From positions 12,732 through 76,731 of the forward strand of contig CAKUAQ010000001.1 in NCBI GenBank assembly GCA_934636435.1: a stretch of 64,000 nucleotides of DNA, read 5' to 3'. Under the pieces are notes generated by a model. It was not told the origin of the DNA. It saw only the letters and a list, made by a program, of their open reading frames with translations, and made no database searches. The number at the start of each line of letters is the position of its first letter. Positions within the stretch are counted from its first letter, which is position 1. This stretch comes from an uncultured Eubacteriales bacterium (GTDB lineage: Bacteria; Bacillota; Clostridia; Oscillospirales; Acutalibacteraceae). Positions 28,564 to 36,822 of this stretch are shown here, in pieces. A program made the position numbers and the translations under genes.

Positions 28564-29988
28564 ATGCGTAAGTTTGATACCAAGGTGCAACATTTGAAGT
28601 ATAAGGTGCTCCGTGAAGTGGCCCGCCATGCATGGAACGATACGCTGCTGGAAAATGTGATGGATATTCCCAAACAGATCGTGCCGGGGAAGATCCCCAC
28701 CATGCGCTGCTGCGTGTATAAGGAGCGCGCCATTCTCGGCGAGCGGGTGCGTCTGGCCATGGGCGGCAACAAGGATAACCCCAATGTGATCGAGGTCATC
28801 GAAACGGCCTGCGACGAATGCCCCATGGGCGGCTATGAGGTGACGAACGCCTGCCGGGGATGTCTGGCGCACCGCTGCGAGGACGTGTGTCGGTTCGGAG
28901 CGCTGTCCTTTGATCAGGACCATGTGGCGCATATAGATAAAACGAAGTGCAAGGAATGCGGTGCCTGCGCTCGTGTGTGTCCCTATACGGCCATCATCAG
29001 CCGCAAGCGCCCCTGCGAAAATGCCTGTAAGATCAAGGCTATCCATATGAATGAGGATAAGGCCGCCGCCATTGATAACGATAAGTGCATCTCCTGCGGT
29101 GCCTGCGTATACCAGTGCCCCTTCGGCGCGATCATGGACAAGTCTTATATACTGGACGTGATCGACATTCTGAAAAAAAGCGAGAACAACCGGCGCTACA
29201 AGGTGTATGCCGTGGTGGCGCCGTCCATCTCCAGCCAGTTCAACTACGCGAAGCTGGGACAGGTGATCACGGGGATGAAGCGGCTCGGTTTCCACACGGT
29301 CGTTGAGGCGGCGCTGGGGGCCGACATGGTGGCCGATGCCGAGAGCCGCGAGCTGGTGGAAAAGGGATTCCTCACCAGCTCCTGCTGCCCCGCCTTTGTC
29401 AGCTATATCGAGAAGAATTTCCCCGATCTGGTGCCGTTTATCTCCCACAACCTGTCGCCGATGGCGGCCATCGCCCGGTATCTGAAGGAGCATGAGGACG
29501 GGTGCAAGGTGGTTTTCATCGGTCCGTGCACGGCCAAAAAGGCCGAGGTGCAGAGGGAACAGGTCAAGCAGTATGTGGATGTGGTCATGACCTTCGAGGA
29601 GCTGCAGGCCATGTTCGACTCCCGGGATGTGGATATCACCGCGCTGGAGGAAAGCTGCCTGGACAACGCCTCGTATTTCGGTCGGATTTTTGCCCGCTCC
29701 GGCGGCCTTTCCGACGCGGTGGCCCAGGGGCTCAAGGAGCACGGCGACACGGAATTCCCGCTGAAAGCCTTCCCCTGCGACGGCATTGAGCAGTGCCGGA
29801 TCGCGCTGCTGAAAAAGAGCAAGGGGCTGCTGGATGCCAACTTTGTGGAGGGTATGGCCTGCATCGGCGGCTGTATCGGCGGCGCCGGCTGCCTCACCCA
29901 CGGCGAGAAGAACAAGGCCGAGGTGGATAAATACGGCAAGGAAGCGCTTGAAAAAACCATCTCCGATGCTATCGCCCAGCTGAAATGA
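28564..29988 (+). CDS. [FeFe]-hydrogenase catalytic subunit (group B-like, HfsD-like)
   Basis: CKECGACARVCP and CISCGACVYQCP, with canonical H-cluster motifs TSSCCPAFV, FIGPCTAKKAE, EGMACIGGCIGGAG. ATG 28564 is 8 nt after GAGGAGG. Confidence 0.85.
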   Translation: MRKFDTKVQHLKYKVLREVARHAWNDTLLENVMDIPKQIVPGKIPTMRCCVYKERAILGERVRLAMGGNKDNPNVIEVIETACDECPMGGYEVTNACRGCLAHRCEDVCRFGALSFDQDHVAHIDKTKCKECGACARVCPYTAIISRKRPCENACKIKAIHMNEDKAAAIDNDKCISCGACVYQCPFGAIMDKSYILDVIDILKKSENNRRYKVYAVVAPSISSQFNYAKLGQVITGMKRLGFHTVVEAALGADMVADAESRELVEKGFLTSSCCPAFVSYIEKNFPDLVPFISHNLSPMAAIARYLKEHEDGCKVVFIGPCTAKKAEVQREQVKQYVDVVMTFEELQAMFDSRDVDITALEESCLDNASYFGRIFARSGGLSDAVAQGLKEHGDTEFPLKAFPCDGIEQCRIALLKKSKGLLDANFVEGMACIGGCIGGAGCLTHGEKNKAEVDKYGKEALEKTISDAIAQLK

Positions 29989-30011
29989 TTTGTCCGGAAT
30001 GACCGGCCGCG

Positions 30012-30041
30012 CCCGCAAGCCCGATCTCACGGGCTTGCGGG
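30012..30041 (+). terminator. Rho-independent terminator closing the rex-to-hydrogenase operon
   Basis: CCCGCAAGCCCG (30012-30023) pairs with CGGGCTTGCGGG (30030-30041), followed by a T-containing tail. Confidence 0.75.
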
Positions 30042-30066
30042 CGATTTGCTTTGCCTGAGCCGGATT

Positions 30067-30097
30067 GCCCGAGGGGGAGTTCTTCGGGCTGTTTTTT
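30067..30097 (+). terminator. Second (backup) terminator hairpin
   Basis: GCCCGA...TCGGGC stem followed by TGTTTTTT. Confidence 0.5.
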
Positions 30098-30361
30098 GAG
30101 CCGGTTGACCGGGTGAGCTCACGTTGGACGGTGCCCCCGCAACAGGGGAAACCTTCGCGCCGTGCCGGCTCTTGCGCGGAGATGGGATGCAGGTGCGCTT
30201 TGCGCAGAACGGCAAGGGGAGAATGCTGCTGACGGCGGCGGAAACGGCCGCCGGATCGAAAAACACGGATATCCCCATGAGGCGCACAGGGGAAATGCAG
30301 GCGAAATTCACCGGGAGAATGTGCGATTTATTGATGGCCGGATTTTTTTGCAGTCCGGCTC

Positions 30362-30390
30362 TTGACAAACCTCCAACTATCCGCTATAAT
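30362..30390 (+). promoter_or_regulatory. Consensus sigma-70 promoter of tRNA-Val
   Basis: TTGACA, 17 nt, TATAAT (both hexamers perfect). tRNA starts 26 nt downstream. Confidence 0.8.
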
Positions 30391-30415
30391 GATATACGCT
30401 CTGTGAGAGTGCTAT

Positions 30416-30491
30416 GGACAATTAGCTCAGCTGGTAGAGCATCCGCTTGACGTGCGGAGGGTCAGCGGTTCGAGTCCGTTATTGTCCACCA
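30416..30491 (+). tRNA. tRNA-Val (anticodon GAC), CCA encoded
   Basis: Manual cloverleaf: acceptor GGACAAT/ATTGTCC, D arm GCTC-AGCTGGTA-GAGC, anticodon arm TCCGC-TTGACGT-GCGGA, T arm AGCGG-TTCGAGT-CCGTT. Confidence 0.9.
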
Positions 30492-30549
30492 GTACAGAGT
30501 CATCCGGATCAAAGCTTTATCTTGGGGTTTGTGAGCGGGTGTACGACGA

Positions 30550-30589
30550 GACACCGACAAGGCTAATGCCTTGTCGGTGTCTTTCGTTT
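30550..30589 (+). terminator. Rho-independent terminator after tRNA-Val
   Basis: GACACCGACAAGG / CCTTGTCGGTGTC form a perfect 13-bp stem followed by TTTCGTTT. Confidence 0.8.
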
Positions 30590-30923
30590 ATTCCCCGCCC
30601 TTTTGCGGATTTTGCCCATCAAATCATTCACATAATTACTTCCCCGGCCGACGAAAATTTCGGTCGGCGGCGTTCCGACCCGCAGCGCGACAAGAGCCAC
30701 CCCCGGCACGACAAACAAATCCGCTCCGGCGGCGAAGCACAGGCGCACCGCTGTCCGCCCGGAGAACGGTCGCCGGGGAACGACCTTTCATCCGCTGCTG
30801 TCTGGGTTGGCATCCGGTCGTTCCCCCCGTCCTGTCCGGGCTGGCAGGGCCGCCGGGGGAGCGGGTGTGTCCGGCATTTGCTGCCGCCGGTGAAAAACGC
30901 GCAAAAAAATGAAAATTACCTCT

Positions 30924-30952
30924 TGACAAACTGCATATCTTGGTGTATGATA
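30924..30952 (+). promoter_or_regulatory. Strong promoter of the tRNA-Lys/Glu/5S/Asn unit
   Basis: TTGACA, 17 nt, TATGAT with upstream TGGTG (extended -10). Confidence 0.75.
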
Positions 30953-30984
30953 GTCAAGCGGTTTTCGAGAAACCGCTCATGTTT

Positions 30985-31060
30985 GCACCTTTAGCTCAGT
31001 TGGTAGAGCACCTGACTCTTAATCAGGGTGTCCAGGGTTCGAGTCCCTGAAGGTGCACCA
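30985..31060 (+). tRNA. tRNA-Lys (anticodon CTT), CCA encoded
   Basis: Acceptor GCACCTT/AAGGTGC, anticodon arm CCTGA-CTCTTAA-TCAGG, T arm CCAGG-GTTCGAG-TCCCTG region. Confidence 0.9.
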
Positions 31061-31065
31061 TACAT

Positions 31066-31141
31066 GGCCCGTTGGTCAAGTGGCCTAAGACTCCGGCCTC
31101 TCACGCCGGCAACAGCGGTTCGAATCCGCTACGGGTCACCA
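31066..31141 (+). tRNA. tRNA-Glu (anticodon CTC), CCA encoded
   Basis: GGCCCGTTGGTCAAG... start typical of Firmicute tRNA-Glu. Anticodon arm CCGGC-CTCTCAC-GCCGG. 3' end ACGGGTCACCA. Confidence 0.9.
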
Positions 31142-31143
31142 CG

Positions 31144-31259
<116 letters not shown>

Positions 31260-31290
31260 CACAAGCCCCTGCAATTGTGGGGGCGCATAT

Positions 31291-31366
31291 TGCTCCTTAG
31301 CTCAGTCGGTAGAGCGCATGACTGTTAATCATGATGTCGTCAGTTCGAGCCTGACAGGAGCAGCCA
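31291..31366 (+). tRNA. tRNA-Asn (anticodon GTT), CCA encoded
   Basis: Acceptor TGCTCCT/AGGAGCA, discriminator G, anticodon arm CATGA-CTGTTAA-TCATG. Confidence 0.9.
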
Positions 31367-31371
31367 CACGA

Positions 31372-31400
31372 AAAAGCACTTGCGATCGCAGGTGCTTTTT
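31372..31400 (+). terminator. Terminator of the tRNA/5S unit
   Basis: AAAAGCACTTGCGA / TCGCAGGTGCTTTT stem with one G-T pair, ending in TTTTT. Confidence 0.75.
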
Positions 31401-31653
31401 CGGTCATATGCGCCTTATGGCGAGCGATATGTCCCTGTGACCGGGGATATTCGACTTCGTCGGATGATATTCACTTGGCGAGCGCGAGGGCAAGTATCAC
31501 ACCCCTGTGAGCAAAGCAAAAAACACCGCTTTTGCACAGCCGGTAATACCCACACCCGGGAAGGCGCGGCCTATCTGCGTCTCTGTTTGAAAGCGACCGG
31601 CGAGGGTGAACGGTCAGACACGTCCCGTCCGTCCCGTTTTCGCACCCGGCAGC

Positions 31654-32274
31654 CTATTCCGGAATCTCACCCCGGTCGATGGGGCGGTTCTTGAAATAGT
31701 ATTGCCGGTCCCGGTCGTTCACCGTACGCAGCACCCGGCAGGGATTGCCGACGGCCACCACGTCGGAGGGAATGTCCTTTGTCACCACGCTGCCGGCGCC
31801 GATGACGGCATTGTCCCCGACGGTGACACCCGGCAGCACCACGGCTCCGGCGCCGATCCGGCAGTTGCGTCCGATGTGCACGGGTGCGTTATACGGATAC
31901 CCCTGCTCCCGCAGAGCCAGCAGGATGGGATGTCCGGCGGTGGCCAGCGTGACCCGGGGAGCGATCATGGTGTGGTCGCCTATATAGATATGGGTATCGT
32001 CCACGCAGGTCAGCCCGAAATTCACATAGACATGGCTGCCGAGATGGATGTGGTGGCCGCCCCGGTTGGCGTAAAAGGGAGGCTCGACATAGCAGCCCTC
32101 CCCCAACTCCGCCAGCATGGCTTGCAGCAATGTCTGCCGCTCCTCCAGCTGGAAGGGACGGGTGTGGTTGAAATCATACAGCCGTTCCAGACACCGCTAT
32201 TGCTTCTCCAGAATGTCCGGATCGTCCGGTAAATATAATTCGCCGGTGTGCATACGGTCTGTCATGGGCTTCAT
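31654..32274 (-). pseudogene. maa: Maltose/galactoside O-acetyltransferase-like gene interrupted by an in-frame TAG
   Basis: Minus strand: RBS AAGGGAGAA, then ATG (32274-32272) and MKPMTDRMHTGELYLPDDPDILEKQ. TAG at 32199-32197. The same frame continues RCLERLYDFNHTRPFQLEERQTLLQAMLAELGEG... into hexapeptide repeats (IGRNCRIGAGAVVLPGVTVGDNAVIGAGSVV). Confidence 0.75.
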
Positions 32275-32356
32275 TGAAAATTTCTCCCTTCGGTTTTCTT
32301 CATTATAGCAGTTGGCGTCGGCGAATGCAGGAACGGGAATTTTTGCAAAATACGCC

Positions 32357-32385
32357 TTGCAATGCGGCGGGATTTGCGGTACAAT
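32357..32385 (+). promoter_or_regulatory. Candidate promoter of pduL
   Basis: TTGCAA, 17 nt, TACAAT. Confidence 0.55.
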
Positions 32386-32437
32386 GACGCGGTAAGCAGA
32401 TGATTCGTCTGCGATTATGCGAAGGAGTGAATGAACA

Positions 32438-33016
32438 ATGTCTAAGGAAGTGTTGGTGGAGACCTCCGCCCGTCACGTGCACGTGACCAAAGAGGTGCTG
32501 GAGAGCCTGTTCGGCAAGGGGTATGAGCTGACGAAGAAAAAGGATCTGTCCCAGCCCGGGCAGTTTGCTTCCAATGAGCGTGTGGATGTGGTGGGGCCGA
32601 AGAAAACCCTGTCCGGCGTGTCGATCCTGGGACCGGTGCGCCCGGAGACCCAGGTGGAGCTGTCCCTGACCGATGCCCGCAGCATTGGCGTGACCGCCCC
32701 GGTGCGGGAATCCGGCGATATCGCCGGCAGCGGCGCCTGCAAGCTGGTGGGGCCCTGCGGTGAGGTGGAGCTGTCCGAAGGCGTGATCGCCGCCAAGCGG
32801 CACATCCATATGACCACCGCCGATGCCGCGGCCATGGGGCTGGCGGACAAGCAGGTGGTGTCGGTGCAGGTGCCCTCGGCCAACGGGCGCGCGCTGACCT
32901 TTGGCGATGTGGTGGTGCGTGTCAGCGACAAGTATGCGCTGGCCATGCACATCGACACCGACGAGTCCAACGCCGCAGGCGTGGCTCCCGGCACCATGGG
33001 CGTGATCTTGAAATAA
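32438..33016 (+). CDS. pduL: Phosphate propanoyl/acetyl-transferase PduL
   Basis: VETSARHVHVTKEVLESLFGKGYELTKKKDLSQPGQFA...ILGPVRPETQVELSLTDA...AAKRHIHM...HIDTDESNAAGV matches the two PduL repeat motifs. Confidence 0.9.
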   Translation: MSKEVLVETSARHVHVTKEVLESLFGKGYELTKKKDLSQPGQFASNERVDVVGPKKTLSGVSILGPVRPETQVELSLTDARSIGVTAPVRESGDIAGSGACKLVGPCGEVELSEGVIAAKRHIHMTTADAAAMGLADKQVVSVQVPSANGRALTFGDVVVRVSDKYALAMHIDTDESNAAGVAPGTMGVILK

Positions 33017-33135
33017 GCGTGTCTCTATACGGAAAGACGGGGGAAAGCCATGGGCTTTTTCCCGCCTTTCCGCTTTCTGCGGCTTGTGAAAACCGGTGCG
33101 CCGCCGCCGCGAAAAACCGGAGAAACAGAAAACAC

Positions 33136-33164
33136 TTGCCAATCGGTACCATATGGTGTATAAT
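33136..33164 (+). promoter_or_regulatory. Candidate promoter of the rfb/polysaccharide operon
   Basis: TTGCCA, 17 nt, TATAAT with extended TGGTG. Confidence 0.6.
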
Positions 33165-33219
33165 ATCCCCAGTTATATCCGGTGTTCTATAACTGTGCGG
33201 ATGAAGGAGGAAGAATCCT

Positions 33220-34116
33220 GTGAAAGGTATTATTCTGGCAGGCGGCTCCGGTACCCGGCTGTACCCTCTGACAAAAGTGACGTCCAAGCAACTGCTGCCC
33301 ATATACGATAAACCCATGATCTATTATCCCATGTCCGTGCTGATGAGCGCCGGTATTCGGGATATACTCATCATCTCGACCCCTCAGGATACGCCCCGGT
33401 TTCAGGAGCTTCTGGGCGACGGCCATCATTTCGGTGTGGAGCTGTCCTATGCGGTGCAGCCCTCCCCGGACGGTCTGGCACAGGCGTTTATTATCGGCGC
33501 CGATTTCATCGGCGACGATACCGTGGCGATGATTCTGGGGGATAATATTTTCTCCGGCCACGGCCTGCGTAAGCGGCTGAAGGCAGCGGTGGAAAATGCG
33601 GAGAACGGGCGCGGCGCTACGGTGTTCGGCTATTATGTGGACGATCCGGAGCGATTCGGCATCGTGGAATTTGATGCCGCCGGACGGGCGGTTTCCATTG
33701 AGGAAAAGCCTGCGAACCCCAAGAGCAATTATTGCGTCACGGGGCTGTATTTCTACGACAATCGGGTGGTAAACTATGCCCGGGAGCTGAAGCCCTCCGC
33801 CCGGGGCGAGCTGGAGATCACCGACCTGAACCGCATCTATCTGGAGCGGGGCGCGCTGAATGTGGAGCTGCTGGGGCAGGGCTTTACCTGGCTGGATACC
33901 GGCACCCACGAGAGTCTGGTGGACGCCACCAACTTTGTCAAGACCGTGGAGACCCACCAGCACCGCAAGATCGCCTGCCTGGAGGAGATCGCCTACCGCA
34001 ACGGCTGGATCAGCCGGGAGGATGTGCTGCGGGTGTATGAGGAGCTGAAAAAGAACCAGTACGGCCAGTATCTCAAGGATGTGCTGGATGGCAAATATCT
34101 GGACATTCTTCATTGA
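33220..34116 (+). CDS. rfbA: Glucose-1-phosphate thymidylyltransferase
   Basis: [60 protein letters not shown] start after AAGGAGG. Confidence 0.95.
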   Translation: MKGIILAGGSGTRLYPLTKVTSKQLLPIYDKPMIYYPMSVLMSAGIRDILIISTPQDTPRFQELLGDGHHFGVELSYAVQPSPDGLAQAFIIGADFIGDDTVAMILGDNIFSGHGLRKRLKAAVENAENGRGATVFGYYVDDPERFGIVEFDAAGRAVSIEEKPANPKSNYCVTGLYFYDNRVVNYARELKPSARGELEITDLNRIYLERGALNVELLGQGFTWLDTGTHESLVDATNFVKTVETHQHRKIACLEEIAYRNGWISREDVLRVYEELKKNQYGQYLKDVLDGKYLDILH

Positions 34117-34136
34117 AAGGAACGAAAGGATACCGT

Positions 34137-35162
34137 ATGAAAAAGACGATTGTTGTGACCGGCGGCGCCGGATTTATCGGCAGCAACTTTGTGTTCCATA
34201 TGCTGAAAAAGTATCCGGACTACCGCATCGTCTGCCTAGACAAGCTGACCTACGCGGGCAACCTGTCCACGCTGGCGCCGGTGATGGATAATCCGCAGTT
34301 CCGCTTTGTCAAGGCGGATATCTGCGACCGGGAGGCGGTGAACCGCCTGTTTGAGGAGGAGCACCCGGACGTGGTGGTGAACTTCGCCGCCGAGAGCCAC
34401 GTGGACCGCTCCATTGAGGACCCGGGCATCTTCCTGCAGACCAACATCATCGGCACCGCCACCCTTATGGATGCCTGCCGGAAATACGGCATCGAGCGGT
34501 ATCATCAGGTATCCACCGACGAGGTATACGGCGACCTGCCGCTGGATCGGCCGGACCTGTTCTTCACCGAGGAGACCCCCATCCACACCAGCTCCCCCTA
34601 CAGCAGCTCCAAGGCGGGCGCCGATCTGCTGGTGCTGGCCTATCACCGCACCTATGGGCTGCCGGTGACCATCAGCCGCTGCTCCAACAACTACGGTCCC
34701 TACCAGTTCCCGGAGAAGCTGATTCCCCTGATGATCGCCAATGCGCTCAACGATAAGCCCCTGCCGGTATACGGCGAGGGGCTGAATGTGCGGGACTGGC
34801 TGTATGTGGAGGATCACTGCAAGGCCATCGACCTCATCATCCATAAAGGTCGCGTGGGCGAGGTGTACAACGTGGGCGGCCATAACGAGATGAAGAACAT
34901 CGACATTGTCCGGCTCATCTGCAAGGAGCTGGGCAAGCCGGAGAGCCTCATCACCCACGTAGCGGACCGCAAGGGGCACGATATGCGGTACGCCATCGAC
35001 CCCACGAAGATTCATAACGAGCTGGGCTGGCTGCCGGAGACCCCCTTCGCGGAGGGCATCAAAAAAACCATCCGCTGGTATTTGGACAACCGTGAGTGGT
35101 GGGAGACCATCATCTCCGGCGAATATCAGAATTATTATGAGAAAATGTACGGCAACCGCTGA
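34137..35162 (+). CDS. rfbB: dTDP-glucose 4,6-dehydratase
   Basis: MKKTIVVTGGAGFIGSNF...YSSSKAGADLLV...CSNNYGPYQFPEKLIP. Confidence 0.95.
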   Translation: MKKTIVVTGGAGFIGSNFVFHMLKKYPDYRIVCLDKLTYAGNLSTLAPVMDNPQFRFVKADICDREAVNRLFEEEHPDVVVNFAAESHVDRSIEDPGIFLQTNIIGTATLMDACRKYGIERYHQVSTDEVYGDLPLDRPDLFFTEETPIHTSSPYSSSKAGADLLVLAYHRTYGLPVTISRCSNNYGPYQFPEKLIPLMIANALNDKPLPVYGEGLNVRDWLYVEDHCKAIDLIIHKGRVGEVYNVGGHNEMKNIDIVRLICKELGKPESLITHVADRKGHDMRYAIDPTKIHNELGWLPETPFAEGIKKTIRWYLDNREWWETIISGEYQNYYEKMYGNR

Positions 35163-35186
35163 GGCGGCGGGAGGAACGGACGGCAT

Positions 35187-36110
35187 ATGAGAGTATTGGT
35201 AACCGGCGTAGCCGGTCAGCTGGGGCACGACGTGATGAACGAGCTGCACCGCCGGGGGCATACGGGTGTCGGCTCGGACCTGGCGCCCGCTTACAGCGGG
35301 ATCGCGGACGGCAGCCCGGTGACGCAGATGCCCTATGAGCCGCTGGATATCACCGACAGCGCTGCCGTAGAGCGGGTGCTGGAGAGGGTGCAGCCGGACG
35401 CGGTGATTCACTGTGCCGCCTGGACGGCGGTGGACGCCGCCGAGGAGCCGGAAAACCGGGACAAGGTCACGGCGGTCAACGCCACCGGCACCCGGAATAT
35501 CGCCGCCGTATGCGGCAAATTGGGCTGCAAGCTCATGTATATCAGCACCGACTATGTGTTCGACGGTCAGGGAGAGACCCCCTGGGAGCCGGATTGTCGG
35601 GCGTATGCGCCGCTGAACGTATACGGGCGCACCAAGCTGGACGGCGAGCTGGCGGTGGAGGAGCTGACGGACAAGCACTTCATCGTCCGCATCGCCTGGG
35701 TATTCGGCAAAAACGGCAAAAATTTCATCAAAACCATGCTGCGGCTGGGGGAGACCCACGACACCCTGCGGGTGGTGGACGACCAGATCGGCACCCCCAC
35801 CTATACCTTGGATCTGGCGCGGCTGCTGGCGGATATGATCGAGACGGAGCGATTCGGCACCTACCACGCCACCAACGAGGGCGGCTATATTTCCTGGGCG
35901 GAGTTTGCCCGGGAGATTTTCCGGCAGTCGGGGATGGACGGCGTGACGGTGATCCCGGTGACCACGGAGGAATACGGGCTGTCGAAGGCTGCCCGCCCCT
36001 TCAACAGCCGACTGGATAAGCGTAAGCTGACGCAAATGGGCTTCACACCTCTGCCGGACTGGCGGGATGCGCTGGCGCGGTATTTACAGGAAATCGGAAA
36101 CGGAGATTGA
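35187..36110 (+). CDS. rfbD: dTDP-4-dehydrorhamnose reductase
   Basis: MRVLVTGVAGQLGHDV...NVYGRTKLDGE...DQIGTPTYTLDLA. Confidence 0.9.
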   Translation: MRVLVTGVAGQLGHDVMNELHRRGHTGVGSDLAPAYSGIADGSPVTQMPYEPLDITDSAAVERVLERVQPDAVIHCAAWTAVDAAEEPENRDKVTAVNATGTRNIAAVCGKLGCKLMYISTDYVFDGQGETPWEPDCRAYAPLNVYGRTKLDGELAVEELTDKHFIVRIAWVFGKNGKNFIKTMLRLGETHDTLRVVDDQIGTPTYTLDLARLLADMIETERFGTYHATNEGGYISWAEFAREIFRQSGMDGVTVIPVTTEEYGLSKAARPFNSRLDKRKLTQMGFTPLPDWRDALARYLQEIGNGD

Positions 36111-36115
36111 ACGCT

Positions 36116-36718
36116 ATGGGACAGATTCAGGTGACGAAGGCTCCCATTGAGGGGTTGTATGTGATCGAGCCGACCGTTCACGGGGATGAACGGGGCTATT
36201 TTATGGAAACCTATAACCAGCGGGATATGCAGGACGCCGGACTGAATATGGTGTTCGTGCAGGATAACCAGAGTATGTCCAAAAAGGGCGTGCTGCGGGG
36301 TCTGCATTTCCAGAAGCAGTATCCCCAGGGCAAGCTGGTGCGGGTCATCAAGGGCAGCGTCTTTGATGTGGCGGTGGATCTGCGCGCCGGCAGCGTCACC
36401 TACGGACAGTGGTACGGCGTGGAGCTGACCGAGGAGAATAAAAAGCAGTTTTATATTGCCGAGGGGTTTGCCCACGGCTTTTTGGTGCTGAGCGATACGG
36501 CGGAATTTTGCTATAAGGTGACGGATTTCTACCACCCCGGCGATGAGGGCGGTCTGGCGTGGAACGACCCCGCCATCGGCATCGACTGGCCGCAGCTCAC
36601 CGGCAGCTATCCCGGCTCGGCCGACGGCAGCGGCTACACGCTGGCGGACGGCACCCCGCTGACCCTTAGCGATAAGGATCAGAAATGGCTGGGGCTGCGG
36701 GATACATTCCGGTTCTGA
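36116..36718 (+). CDS. rfbC: dTDP-4-dehydrorhamnose 3,5-epimerase
   Basis: IEGLYVIEPTVHGDERGYFMETYN...GVLRGLHFQKQYPQGKLVRVIKGSVFDVAVDLR. Confidence 0.9.
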   Translation: MGQIQVTKAPIEGLYVIEPTVHGDERGYFMETYNQRDMQDAGLNMVFVQDNQSMSKKGVLRGLHFQKQYPQGKLVRVIKGSVFDVAVDLRAGSVTYGQWYGVELTEENKKQFYIAEGFAHGFLVLSDTAEFCYKVTDFYHPGDEGGLAWNDPAIGIDWPQLTGSYPGSADGSGYTLADGTPLTLSDKDQKWLGLRDTFRF

Positions 36719-36822
36719 CAGCAGCACACCGACAATTCACACGAGCCTGCGGCGAATGACTGTGGGCTTGTTGTTTTTCAGGGAGAGTCCCGGCAGATAA
36801 AATGATTGAGGATGGAAGAAAG

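Noticed and set aside
32197-32199. Reading the in-frame TAG of the acetyltransferase as pyrrolysine
   Set aside because: No pylTSBCD genes, PYLIS-like context or methylamine-methyltransferase context is visible in the window. A nonsense mutation or sequence error is far more likely. It is kept only as something to exclude.
33041-33065. Terminator after pduL (GGGAAAGCC-ATG-GGCTTTTTCCC)
   Set aside because: The stem is short with a 3-nt loop and a weak U-tract. It is plausible but not strong enough to list as a feature.
31606-33142. ORFs 31606-32232 (+) and 32303-33142 (-)
   Set aside because: Antisense to the acetyltransferase pseudogene and to pduL respectively. No independent support.
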